Shown: positions 8,819-17,552 of the stretch, piece after piece
Layout of the letters: each line of letters starts with the position of its first letter
Position numbering within the stretch: position 1 is the first letter of the stretch
Origin: Nevskiales bacterium
GTDB taxonomy: Bacteria; Pseudomonadota; Gammaproteobacteria; Nevskiales; CAJXLF01
DNA length: 64,000 nucleotides
Direction: 5' to 3'
Assembly (NCBI GenBank): GCA_041622995.1
Contig: JBFJXR010000009.1
Location: forward strand, 120 to 64,119
The notes under the pieces: model-generated
What the model saw: only the letters and a program-made list of their open reading frames with translations
The model's database searches: none
Told to the model about the DNA's origin: nothing
Made by a program: the position numbers and the translations under genes

Positions 8819-11401
8819 TTACAAACTTGATCCGGAGAAAGTAATTTCATCTTCCTGTATGTCGATAGTGATTTGATCGGAAGCGACGAATTCTGAATCC
8901 AGAAGTTTTCTGGCAAGTGGATTCTCTATCAGCTGTTGTATGGCACGCTTAAGCGGCCGTGCACCATATACGGGGTCAAAGCCAGCTTCTGCAAGCTTGT
9001 CCAATGCCGTATCGGTGAGTTCCAGCTGAATTCCCTTTTCCTTTAACCTTAGGCAGAGGGTTTCAGTTTGAATGCGGGCAATATTGCGTATCTGCTCTTT
9101 GGCCAATGGATGGAAAACAACGGTTTCATCAATTCGATTAATAAATTCCGGACGAAATTCCTTGTTAACAATTTCCATCACTGCAGATTTCATGTCTTCG
9201 TAATTTTCTTCGCCGGCCATTTCCTGAATTAACGAAGAACCCAGATTCGAGGTCATGGCGATAACAGTATTGCGAAAATCTACGGTTCGACCCTGTCCAT
9301 CTGTGAGTCGTCCGTCATCCAGTACCTGTAAAAGCACGTTGAATACGTCCGGGTGAGCTTTCTCTATTTCATCCATCAGGATGACAGAGTAGGGCTTGCG
9401 TCGCACAGCTTCTGTAAGGTATCCGCCTTCTTCGTAGCCAACATATCCGGGAGGTGCGCCGATAAGGCGTGCTACGGAGTGTTTTTCCATGAATTCGCTC
9501 ATGTCGATGCGAACCATGGCCTCGTCACTATCAAACATGAAATTCGCCAGTGCTTTGCATAATTCGGTTTTACCGACACCGGTAGGGCCAAGAAAAAGGA
9601 ATGAGCCAATCGGTTTGTCAGGATCGGAGATGCCTGCCCTTGAGCGACGAATGGCATCGGCAACTGCATTTACGGCCTGGTTCTGGCCTACGACTCGCGT
9701 ATGCAAGGCATCTTCCATACGTAGCAATTTATCCCGTTCACCTTCGAGCAGTCTTGAGACAGGTACACCCGTCCAATTTGAAACGATTTCTGCGATCTCG
9801 TCTTCTGTCACATTATTACGCAGTAATGTGAATTCAGTTTTTACCTCGTCACCCGCTTCTGATATTTTCTTTTCCAGTTCGGGTATGCGTGCGTATTGCA
9901 GTTCTGACATGCGAGTCAGATCACCCGCGCGTCGTGCCGCTTCCATTTCGAGTTTGGCTCGTTCCAGTTCTTCCTTGACGCCACTTGAGCCGGCTACCTG
10001 GGCTTTTTCAGACTTCCAGACTTCATCGAGGTCACTGTACTCGCGATCAAGCTCGGAAATTTCCGTTTCTATTTTGTCCAGTCTGTCTTTCGAGTTTTTA
10101 TCAGTTTCCTTTTTAAGCGCCTCACGTTCCATCTTGAGCTGGATCAGGCGCCTGTCCAGACGATCCAAAGGTTCGGGTTTGGAATCTATTTCGATACGTA
10201 TACGGGATGCGGCTTCATCAATCAGATCGATAGCCTTGTCAGGAAGCTGGCGATCCGAAATGTAACGATGCGACAGTCTGGCAGCTTCGATGATGGCGCC
10301 ATCAGTAATATCTACGCCATGATGTACCTCGTAGCGCTCTTTCAAGCCACGCAATATGGCAATGGTGTCTTCCACCGAGGGTTCATCAACCTGTACTTTC
10401 TGAAAGCGACGCTCCAGAGCAGCGTCCTTTTCGATGTACTTGCGATATTCATCCAGTGTAGTGGCGCCTACGCAATGCAGTTCGCCACGTGCAAGGGCAG
10501 GTTTGAGCATATTGCCGGCATCCATCGCACCTTCTGCCTTGCCAGCACCCACCAGTGTATGGATTTCATCAATGAACAGGATAATCTGTCCTTCCTGTTT
10601 GCTGAGGTCACTGAGCACAGCCTTGAGACGTTCTTCAAATTCGCCTCTGAACTTTGCACCGGCGACCAGGGCGCCAAGGTCAAGGCTTAGGAGGCGTTTA
10701 CTTTTAAGGCCTTCGGGCACCTCGCCATTTATGATGCGCAATGCCAGCCCTTCCACAATTGCCGTCTTGCCAACACCAGGTTCACCGATCAGTGTGGGGT
10801 TGTTTTTAGTCCGTCGAGAAAGCACCTGGATCACACGACGGATTTCCTCATCACGACCAATGACGGGGTCCAGCTTGCCCTGTTCAGCACGCTCGGTTAA
10901 ATCGATGGTGTATTTTTCCAGTGCCTGGCGTTGTTCTTCAGCATTAGGGTCATTGACTGAAGCGCCGCCACGTAATGTCTCAATGGTCTTCTCTACAGAC
11001 TGTTTGGTGGCGCCTGAGCTTCTGAGGATTTCTCCACAGCCTGATTTGTCTTCAACGGCGGCCAGAACAAATAGTTCTGAGGTAATGAATTGGTCTTTAC
11101 GTTGCTGAGCAAGTTTGTCACTGAGGTTCAACAGTCGGGCCATATCCTGGCTGACCTGTACATCTCCGGTGGCCTCTCCGATTTGCGGCAGGTCATCAAG
11201 TGCCTGATCCAGTTTGCTGCGAAGTTGATGAAGATTTACGCCTGACTGTTCCAGTAATGGCCTGGCAGTCCCGCCTTCCTGGTTCAGCAGCGCGAGCATT
11301 ACGTGCACAGGCGTGATTTCAGAATGATCACGCCCTACAGCAATACTCTGGGCATCAGCCAAAGCAATCTGGAATTTACTGGTCAGTTTGTCCATTCTCA
11401 T
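8819..11401 (-). CDS. clpB: ATP-dependent chaperone ClpB
   Basis: The N-terminus [19 protein letters not shown] aligns with E. coli MRLDRLTNKFQLALADAQS. Two AAA+ modules carry GEPGVGKT and GPTGVGKT Walker A motifs, separated by a coiled-coil middle domain. AGGAG SD lies before ATG 11401; the track ORF start at 11458 is an upstream extension. Confidence 0.97.
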   Translation of the reverse strand: MRMDKLTSKFQIALADAQSIAVGRDHSEITPVHVMLALLNQEGGTARPLLEQSGVNLHQLRSKLDQALDDLPQIGEATGDVQVSQDMARLLNLSDKLAQQRKDQFITSELFVLAAVEDKSGCGEILRSSGATKQSVEKTIETLRGGASVNDPNAEEQRQALEKYTIDLTERAEQGKLDPVIGRDEEIRRVIQVLSRRTKNNPTLIGEPGVGKTAIVEGLALRIINGEVPEGLKSKRLLSLDLGALVAGAKFRGEFEERLKAVLSDLSKQEGQIILFIDEIHTLVGAGKAEGAMDAGNMLKPALARGELHCVGATTLDEYRKYIEKDAALERRFQKVQVDEPSVEDTIAILRGLKERYEVHHGVDITDGAIIEAARLSHRYISDRQLPDKAIDLIDEAASRIRIEIDSKPEPLDRLDRRLIQLKMEREALKKETDKNSKDRLDKIETEISELDREYSDLDEVWKSEKAQVAGSSGVKEELERAKLEMEAARRAGDLTRMSELQYARIPELEKKISEAGDEVKTEFTLLRNNVTEDEIAEIVSNWTGVPVSRLLEGERDKLLRMEDALHTRVVGQNQAVNAVADAIRRSRAGISDPDKPIGSFLFLGPTGVGKTELCKALANFMFDSDEAMVRIDMSEFMEKHSVARLIGAPPGYVGYEEGGYLTEAVRRKPYSVILMDEIEKAHPDVFNVLLQVLDDGRLTDGQGRTVDFRNTVIAMTSNLGSSLIQEMAGEENYEDMKSAVMEIVNKEFRPEFINRIDETVVFHPLAKEQIRNIARIQTETLCLRLKEKGIQLELTDTALDKLAEAGFDPVYGARPLKRAIQQLIENPLARKLLDSEFVASDQITIDIQEDEITFSGSSL

Positions 11402-11430
11402 TGAAAACTCCTGGAACGTTGTTGATTCAT

Positions 11431-11459
11431 ATATGGGGCAATCTGCCTGTGTTTTCAAT
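11431..11459 (-). promoter_or_regulatory. sigma32 (heat-shock) type promoter of clpB
   Basis: The minus strand reads TTGAAA-N14-CCCCATAT. The consensus is CTTGAAA-N13-14-CCCCATNT. It lies about 30 nt upstream of the clpB start. Confidence 0.75.
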
Positions 11460-11533
11460 GATTCAGGTCAAGCAGACATGTCATGCCTTCTTTGGATGAA
11501 GGTGTTTTACTTGTAAAAATGCTGGGTTGGATA

Positions 11534-11562
11534 CAAAAAAGGGCGGACTATGAAGTCCGCCC
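11534..11562 (-). terminator. rho-independent terminator after hsp20
   Basis: Stem gggcggact-atga-agtccgccc, followed by a T-run on the minus strand. Confidence 0.8.
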
Positions 11563-11598
11563 GAAAGGGGAGGGCAGGTTAGTTAACGAACTAATCAA

Positions 11599-12036
11599 TT
11601 AATGCTTGACTGAAATTCGCCTTGGTTTAGCGCGCTCTTTTTTATCGATCACAATGTTAAGCACGCCTTCTTTCAATTGGGCATCTACTTTCTCATTGTC
11701 TACTGTATCTGGCAGCGCAAAGCTTCGTACAAAGCGACCACGGAAGCGTTCAACACGGTGATAGCCGTTTTTGTCTTCAGACTTTTCTTCATTCCGTGTG
11801 CCTTGAATTGTGAGCACACCATGTTCCAGCGTGATATCTATGTCTTCAGGGTTGACTCCGGGAAGATCAGCGTGAATAAGGTAGCGGTTTTCCTCTTCCT
11901 TAATATCAACTGCAGGTGCCCAGACGTTGTTGCTGGTTGTTAAATCACCCATGCTTAATTCAGGGTCAAGCAGGCGGCCAAATTCGTTCTGTAGACGATT
12001 TAACCAGGCATTGGGTTCATACATTTTCATATTCAT
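11599..12036 (-). CDS. small heat-shock protein, Hsp20/alpha-crystallin family (IbpA-like)
   Basis: 145-aa protein MNMKMYEPNAWLNRLQNEF ... with an alpha-crystallin core (WAPAVDIKEE...ADLPGV...GVLTI.G). GGAG SD lies before ATG 12036. The track ORF extends spuriously to 12462. Confidence 0.9.
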   Translation of the reverse strand: MNMKMYEPNAWLNRLQNEFGRLLDPELSMGDLTTSNNVWAPAVDIKEEENRYLIHADLPGVNPEDIDITLEHGVLTIQGTRNEEKSEDKNGYHRVERFRGRFVRSFALPDTVDNEKVDAQLKEGVLNIVIDKKERAKPRRISVKH

Positions 12037-12083
12037 TTGACTTACTCCTTTCCCACATAGGGTGTTTGTGTACCACAATTTTT

Positions 12084-12112
12084 TTGTGGGGATTAGAAAT
12101 AAATTTTTCAAG
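12084..12112 (-). promoter_or_regulatory. sigma32-type promoter of hsp20
   Basis: The minus strand reads CTTGAAA-N14-CCCCACAA. Confidence 0.65.
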
Positions 12113-12224
12113 TCTTTAAGTAATAATTGGCGGAATAACATAGACTTGGATTGAATAAATTTGACCCTGCAGGATTGTATTTTGAGTGTGCAATCAACTT
12201 GCGTTGTACCGACCGGGAAATGAC

Positions 12225-12929
12225 ATGGAAAAGAGTTACAAGAATCTTGACTTCCTGATGAGTCCTGAGGCCCGTACCATCCGGATCCTGGCTGAATATC
12301 TGGAGCCGCAGCAGCGGTTTGAGAAGCTGGGTGTAAATAACGCCGTAATTTTCTATGGATCAGCACGACTGGATCATAAGCAAGCACGCGATATTGATGG
12401 CGTGAATTACTATCAGGAAGCCAGAGGGTTAGCCAGAGAGCTTGCGTTGTGGACGACGGCAACTCACGAACATGATCAGCGTTACCATGTGTGTACCGGA
12501 GGCGGTCCTGGAATCATGCAGGCAGCTAATCAGGGTGCTCATGAAGTAGATCCTGATTTATCAGTGGGCTTTAATATTTCACTGCCCTTTGAACAGGATG
12601 CCAACCCTTTCGTTACTGATAAGCTGGCATTTGAATTTCATTATTTCTTTATGCGTAAATTCTGGTTCATGAACTTGGCCAAAGGGATGGTGATTTTCCC
12701 GGGTGGATTCGGAACCATGGACGAACTATTCGAGTTGCTTACGCTAATTCAGACAGGGAAATCCGAGCAAGTGCCCATAGTGCTGTTTGGTAAATCATTC
12801 TGGAACAAGCTGATTAACTTTGATGTTTTTCTGGAGCATGGACTGATTTCAGATGACGACCTGAACCGCTTCTCGATAGTCGAAAGTATCGAAGAGGCAA
12901 TGGGCGTGCTAAAGAAAGGTCTGGGTTAA
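12225..12929 (+). CDS. LOG family / TIGR00730-type nucleotide 5'-monophosphate nucleosidase
   Basis: Contains the GGGPGIMQAAN and PGGFGTMDELFE motifs. Confidence 0.85.
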   Translation: MEKSYKNLDFLMSPEARTIRILAEYLEPQQRFEKLGVNNAVIFYGSARLDHKQARDIDGVNYYQEARGLARELALWTTATHEHDQRYHVCTGGGPGIMQAANQGAHEVDPDLSVGFNISLPFEQDANPFVTDKLAFEFHYFFMRKFWFMNLAKGMVIFPGGFGTMDELFELLTLIQTGKSEQVPIVLFGKSFWNKLINFDVFLEHGLISDDDLNRFSIVESIEEAMGVLKKGLG

Positions 12930-12935
12930 GCGAAG

Positions 12936-13205
12936 TCAATGATGTCTTGAAGGTCGCTCATCATCATCGAAAAGATAATCGTCCCTCATCAGCCGCTTTA
13001 ATTCGAGATCTTCCTTGTAACGTTCCAGATCACGCCAGTCGCGCTGGCGTTGAATGTCACTTTTCATCAGTTGAGCGTCAGTGTCCTCATCATCAGGAAT
13101 GACATCAGCTTCTGACCAATCGCCGTCTTCATCTACAAAGTCGTCATCGTCATCATCACGCGTACTTTTAGCGGTCATGTTGGCACTCTCCATATTCAGA
13201 GACAA
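12936..13205 (-). CDS. small highly acidic protein (possibly PA3496-like envelope integrity family)
   Basis: 89-aa protein with D/E-rich runs and a DWRDLERYKEDLELKRLMRDD tail. Family assignment is from memory only. Confidence 0.5.
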   Translation of the reverse strand: MSLNMESANMTAKSTRDDDDDDFVDEDGDWSEADVIPDDEDTDAQLMKSDIQRQRDWRDLERYKEDLELKRLMRDDYLFDDDERPSRHH

Positions 13206-13418
13206 TACACTTAGACAAAGCCTTATTTTGCGTTTTTTACCATGTTTTTTATCAAGCGCAAGCGTTTTTATTTCCAGACTTAAATAACTTAATTAAAACA
13301 ATGTCTTGTGTGAATATTAGTGGTCTGTGTGAGCCCGTTTACAACCTACAATTGCGCGGAAATTTTACTGATATGGTATACAGGCTGAAGACAGGTTCAG
13401 GAGGGCAAGGAGGTTCGA

Positions 13419-13835
13419 GTGATCGCGCAGAAGTCTATAGAAATCAGAACACCGGGAAGGGGATTTACAGAGCTCACTTCTAAAATGGCTGAGATCATAT
13501 TGGAGATGCACATAGACACCGGTATGGCTCAGCTATTTGTACATCACACCAGCGCATCTTTACTTATATGTGAAAATGCTGATCCTGATGTGCGCCGTGA
13601 TCTTGAGGTTTTTATGTCGCGCCTGGTACCTGACGGTGATTCGGATTTTGTGCATACCATGGAGGGGCCGGATGACATGCCAGCCCATGTACGGAGTGTG
13701 CTGACAGCTTCGGATATAGGCCTTCCGATTAAAGAGGGCAGACTGGCGCTGGGTTCCTGGCAAGGTGTTTATCTTTGGGAGCACAGGCTTCAGGGACATC
13801 TGCGTCGGCTGACACTCACCGTATATGGTGAATAA
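13419..13835 (+). CDS. yjbQ: YjbQ/UPF0047 family secondary thiamine-phosphate synthase-like protein
   Basis: GTG start with AAGGAGG 5 nt upstream. YjbQ-type motifs are HHTSASL..NEN-like (HHTSASLLICENADPDV) and PAHVRS. Confidence 0.85.
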   Translation: MIAQKSIEIRTPGRGFTELTSKMAEIILEMHIDTGMAQLFVHHTSASLLICENADPDVRRDLEVFMSRLVPDGDSDFVHTMEGPDDMPAHVRSVLTASDIGLPIKEGRLALGSWQGVYLWEHRLQGHLRRLTLTVYGE

Positions 13836-14459
13836 TCAATCCAATATTTTTTCTGTTTTCATGCGTTTGAAATCGGTGAATTCGTCAACATCCCACAGCA
13901 AGTTACTCTCTGTAAATATGCTGCCGGATTGTTGCAGTCGTCGTCGAGTCAGAGACATCACCCTGTGCTCACCCCAGGGTATGCTTCGGAAAAGCTTCGG
14001 CACATATTTACGGCTGGCGACCATGACATAACCGCCATCCTCAGCGGGTTGATAAACATGGTCAACAATATCGAGCTGCTTTGACGCATAAAGTAGATCA
14101 TCAGTGGTCAACACAGGACAGTCTGTGCCAATCAAAATGACTTTTTTGTTATGCATTAACCCCCGGCGGATGGCATGCAGCATCCTGGCTCCGAGGTCGT
14201 GACCGACCTGTCTTTTCAGAATCACTTTCTTCTGAATTCTTTCCTTGATAAAAGCCATATGTTGGGTGTCAGGAGTACACCATAGTATTACCTGTCCCAG
14301 TTTCGCTTTCTGTGCAGTATTAATCGTGTGGTTGATTAGATCGCGTTGTAGTTTTGCAGCGGACGGTGCGCCAATATGGGGTATGAGCCGGGTCTTGCAA
14401 TAGCCGGCTACAGGGGCCTTTGCCATTATTGAAATTTCGCATGTGTTTTCTGCCGACAT
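13836..14459 (-). CDS. DUF2064 / TIGR04282-type glycosyltransferase-like protein
   Basis: Contains MAKAPVAGYCKTRL, IGTDCP and PAEDGGY motifs. Confidence 0.75.
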   Translation of the reverse strand: MSAENTCEISIMAKAPVAGYCKTRLIPHIGAPSAAKLQRDLINHTINTAQKAKLGQVILWCTPDTQHMAFIKERIQKKVILKRQVGHDLGARMLHAIRRGLMHNKKVILIGTDCPVLTTDDLLYASKQLDIVDHVYQPAEDGGYVMVASRKYVPKLFRSIPWGEHRVMSLTRRRLQQSGSIFTESNLLWDVDEFTDFKRMKTEKILD

Positions 14460-14577
14460 ATCTGTTTTAGCATTGCATGAATAAATAAACGTTCCCTAGA
14501 ATACCTGCTCACTAATGCCAGTGAGCAGGTAAACGGGTAATATGCTCGCCTGAATTTATTATCAATGGCTTTATATC

Positions 14578-14955
14578 ATGTCAGAAGAGCAGGAACTCCC
14601 TGAAATCAAGTTCGATACCGAACAGTTGTATCGTGAAGAAAATGTTACGGACCGCAAGGCGGGCGTTATCAGGTGCATGATTCCGATCAAGTCTGATGGT
14701 AGCGATGATGATGCCCGGCAAAGAATATTTGAGGGTCACACAACAATTATGACCCCCATGGGGAGTTTGCCCGTAAATTTCACTATTGAGGCATCCAGTA
14801 TCGAAGAAGCTGTTGCAGGTTTCCCCGATGCTGCCAAGCGGGGAATTATTGAAACCCTGGAAGAACTCAAAAGAATGCAGCGTGAGTCGCAGTCACAAAT
14901 TGTGGTGCCTGGTCAGGGTGGTGGTGTGCCGGGCAGCGGCATACAGATGCCTTAA
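14578..14955 (+). CDS. conserved hypothetical cytoplasmic protein
   Basis: 125-aa ORF with coding-like composition and no recognised motif. Confidence 0.55.
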   Translation: MSEEQELPEIKFDTEQLYREENVTDRKAGVIRCMIPIKSDGSDDDARQRIFEGHTTIMTPMGSLPVNFTIEASSIEEAVAGFPDAAKRGIIETLEELKRMQRESQSQIVVPGQGGGVPGSGIQMP

Positions 14956-14980
14956 ACGTAGGCATGAAAAAACGTAAAAC

Positions 14981-15057
14981 GGGGCTATAGCTCAGCTGGA
15001 TAGAGCAGCCGCCTCCTAAGCGGCAGGTCGCAGGTTCGACTCCTGCTAGTCCCACCA
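14981..15057 (+). tRNA. tRNA-Arg (anticodon CCT)
   Basis: Full cloverleaf read by hand. Acceptor GGGGCTA/TAGTCCC, D arm GCTC..GAGC, anticodon arm GCCGC-CTCCTAA-GCGGC, T arm GCAGG-TTCGACT-CCTGC, and an encoded CCA. Confidence 0.95.
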
Positions 15058-15311
15058 TATGATTTTTTTAAACTGATTGATGTGATGATTGCCAGGTTCT
15101 CGAACTCTGATTGAGCGAATTATTTCTATTAAATCATCTAGTTGATCAATACTTTTTCTGGCGTTCTGCATGTTAAGCAGTAGATAGTCTTTGTTTCGAT
15201 CTGAAGTCCGTAAGAAAATGCTGACTTTTGTGCGCAAGTGGTTTATTGTTTTCCGCTTGCAAATAGTTTTTGTTTTTCGTTGAGGGGATTCTCTTAGGAG
15301 AGAAATTGGTC

Positions 15312-16241
15312 ATGTATAAAGATTTTCTTAGATTATTGTTGGTATCGCTCAGTTTGATTGCGGTATCAGTTTCTGTCACATCGTGCTCGGATGGCGATGA
15401 TGAAGGAATTTTGAATCCACAGCAGCCCCCAGCCGGTGATGGCGATGGTGACGGCGACGGTGACGGCGACGGTGACGGCGACACCGGCAGCAGCACTTGC
15501 TTGCCCGGCGACCCATCCGGTCAGGCCTGCCTTGAACAGATTTGTGCGATTCCAACGCTTGGTGAGCAGATTGTTGCAGGTTCCGGTGGCAGCTGTGGTC
15601 CCGCAGGGGATGGTGAAGGCGGAGCCCCGATTGACTTTGCCCAGTTATGTGCCATTCCAGGTATCGGTCCGCAAATAGCGGAAGGTGCGGGCGCAACCTG
15701 TGAAGCGGCAGAGCCTCCTCCTGAAGGTGAAGCGCCTGCTGGACCCTGTGCGCCAGGTGATCCCACCGGTCAGGCCTGTCTGGACCAGTTCTGTGCTATT
15801 CCAGAGCTTGGGCCAGCTATCGTAGAGGGTGGCGGCGGCAGTTGCGGCCCGGCTGGAGATGGTGAAGGCGGCACCCCGATTGATTTTGCCCAGTTATGTG
15901 CCATTCCTGGCGCCGGTCCGCAAATTGCGGAAGGTGCGGGTGCTACCTGTCCAGCAGCAGAGCCACCTCCTGAAGGTGAAGAGCCTGCCGGCCTTTGCTT
16001 CCCCGAAGATCCTACGGGTCAGCTCTGTGCAGAACAACTCTGTGCTGCTCCTGGTATTGGGCCAGCAATTGTCGAAGGTGCAGGAAGCACCTGTGGTGAT
16101 CCGGATGTCGAAGGAGATGCAGGTCCGTTGGATCCGGCGCAGCTCTGTGCAATACCTGGCATTGGTCCGGAAATTGCTGCAGGCGCAGGTGCATCGTGTG
16201 ATGCAGCCAGCTCGATGTTCCTTCCAGTATTGAATCTGTAA
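15312..16241 (+). CDS. Cys-rich tandem-repeat lipoprotein (six QxCAIPxxGPxIxxGxGxxC units), unrecognised family
   Basis: MYKDFLRLLLVSLSLIAVSVSVTSC contains a lipobox. AGGAGA SD lies upstream. A (GD)8 linker is followed by three ~84-aa super-repeats, each made of two sub-repeats. Confidence 0.8.
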   Translation: MYKDFLRLLLVSLSLIAVSVSVTSCSDGDDEGILNPQQPPAGDGDGDGDGDGDGDGDTGSSTCLPGDPSGQACLEQICAIPTLGEQIVAGSGGSCGPAGDGEGGAPIDFAQLCAIPGIGPQIAEGAGATCEAAEPPPEGEAPAGPCAPGDPTGQACLDQFCAIPELGPAIVEGGGGSCGPAGDGEGGTPIDFAQLCAIPGAGPQIAEGAGATCPAAEPPPEGEEPAGLCFPEDPTGQLCAEQLCAAPGIGPAIVEGAGSTCGDPDVEGDAGPLDPAQLCAIPGIGPEIAAGAGASCDAASSMFLPVLNL

Positions 16242-16257
16242 TTACTTACGATTCGAG

Positions 16258-16284
16258 AAAGGCCCCGCAAGGGGCCTTTTTTTT
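16258..16284 (+). terminator. rho-independent terminator
   Basis: Stem ggcccc-gcaa-ggggcc followed by T8. Confidence 0.85.
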
Positions 16285-16293
16285 GCCTGGAAC

Positions 16294-16806
16294 TTAGGGT
16301 TTGATAAGCGTGATCAGCGTTTGCAGGCCAATGGAAAAATCAATTTTCATGTCCAGGTCATACAGCGTATGCAGACCTATCACCAAAGTCACCATCTAGA
16401 AAGCGAGTTGCTCGGGGCTGGCATCCTTGCGGATTTCACCGTTATCCTGAAATCGCTGTGTAATTTTTGTCAGGCGATCAATGCTGTTGGCTACATGCCC
16501 CATATAGGTATTACGGATTTCATCCGAGCGGGCACAAGCGTCGAGTAGCTGGAATGGCCGAATGCCACCGGCCCTGGTTAATGGATATTCGCCAGTCACC
16601 AGCGCTTGCAAGAAACGGTTGACCAGGTCATTGATGCTGTTTATTGGCACCTCGTCTTCAGAACCGAGCAGGGTATTGAGCGAGCCACCCCCGACGCGCC
16701 CCATGACTTCAGCAGACAATTCGTCCCTGTTTTTGAAGTGAACGTAGAAAGCACCACGAGTAAAGCCGGCATGGGCGCAAATCTCATCCAGACTGGCATC
16801 AATACG
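16294..16806 (-). pseudogene. TetR-family regulator pseudogene: N-terminal ~25-30 codons missing, plus an in-frame TAG
   Basis: The frame opens only at RIDASLDEICAHAGFTRGAFYVHFKNRDEL, in the middle of the HTH, with no start codon and TAA immediately upstream. An in-frame TAG at 16396-16398 is followed in the same frame by MVTLVIGLHTLYDLDMKIDFSIGLQTLITLIKP-stop. Confidence 0.75.
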
Positions 16807-16902
16807 TTAGACAGACTATCAGTTCGAATGTTTACCCTGCGGCTGTCACAGAAGGGACATCTGTACTAATATCCCCGAATATTCATTTTCGGGAGCTAGA
16901 CA

Positions 16903-17421
16903 ATGGCCATCGCAGATACCCTACAACGCGGCGTCGAGGCCGCTCGCAACGCCGGTGTGCCGGTCGACAGTATTGCGGAAAAGCTGAAACCCACAATCAG
17001 CAAGATTCTGCTGGAAAAAGGGATTGGCTTTGTGCGTCGCAGCGGCTTCAGGGCGAAAGTACTGGAACGCGGCCACGTGATCTGCGAAATGCCGCTCAAG
17101 GGTAATGTGAATCATATTGGCACCATGTATGCCGGGGCGTTATTCACCCTGGCCGAGGTGCCGGGTGGTGCCCTCTACCTGACAACTTTTGATACGAAGA
17201 AATTTATCCCTATCGTGACGGATATGAGTCTAAAATTTGTGAAACCGGCCAAGGGCACGATTTCCATTGAGATCACGATGTCAGATGAGCGAATTGCCGA
17301 GTTGGAGGCCGAGGCCGAGGCCAATGGCAAGGCGGTATTTGAGCTTGAGGGCGAATTGAAGAATACCGATGGTGAGGTCGTGGCCATTAGCCAGGGTGTG
17401 TATCAGCTAAGACGTAAATAG
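16903..17421 (+). CDS. PaaI/YiiD_C (DUF4442) hot-dog fold thioesterase
   Basis: The NHIGTMYAGALFTLAEVPGG motif is typical of PaaI-like thioesterases. The product is 172 aa. Confidence 0.75.
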   Translation: MAIADTLQRGVEAARNAGVPVDSIAEKLKPTISKILLEKGIGFVRRSGFRAKVLERGHVICEMPLKGNVNHIGTMYAGALFTLAEVPGGALYLTTFDTKKFIPIVTDMSLKFVKPAKGTISIEITMSDERIAELEAEAEANGKAVFELEGELKNTDGEVVAISQGVYQLRRK

Positions 17422-17426
17422 TCTCA

Positions 17427-17540
17427 TCGCCAGGATTGTAGGGTTCTGAATCGGGAGCCGTCGGCCACAGGACGTGGCCGCCGGAGTGTACATGGATGTA
17501 CTTGCAGCGATTCCCGATCTGAATCCTATAAGCCTGGCGA
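17427..17540. repeat. ~114-nt palindromic MITE/REP-like element, copy 1
   Basis: Imperfect ~30-nt terminal inverted repeats: TCGCCAGGATTGTAGGGTTCTGAATCGGGA ... TCCCGATCTGAATCCTATAAGCCTGGCGA. The core GGACGTGGCCGCCGGAG..CATGGATG is shared with the copy at 22199..22304. Confidence 0.7.
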
Positions 17541-17552
17541 ACCAAGCTTAAA

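Noticed and set aside
9489-11108. Plus-strand ORFs of 258, 140 and 224 aa inside clpB.
   Set aside because: They lie antisense to a full-length, highly conserved clpB. The translations are Ser/Arg-rich with no recognisable motif.
12037-12462. N-terminal 142-aa extension of the hsp20 ORF in the track (287 aa in total).
   Set aside because: The extension has no Hsp20 similarity and covers the sigma32 promoter. ATG 12036 has a GGAG SD and gives a normal 145-aa sHSP.
15046-15237. 63-aa minus-strand ORF abutting the tRNA-Arg, examined as a possible integrase remnant.
   Set aside because: It overlaps the tRNA 3' end and lies in an AT-rich spacer. It has no tyrosine-recombinase motifs (no R..HxxR..Y context). 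No integrase evidence was found.
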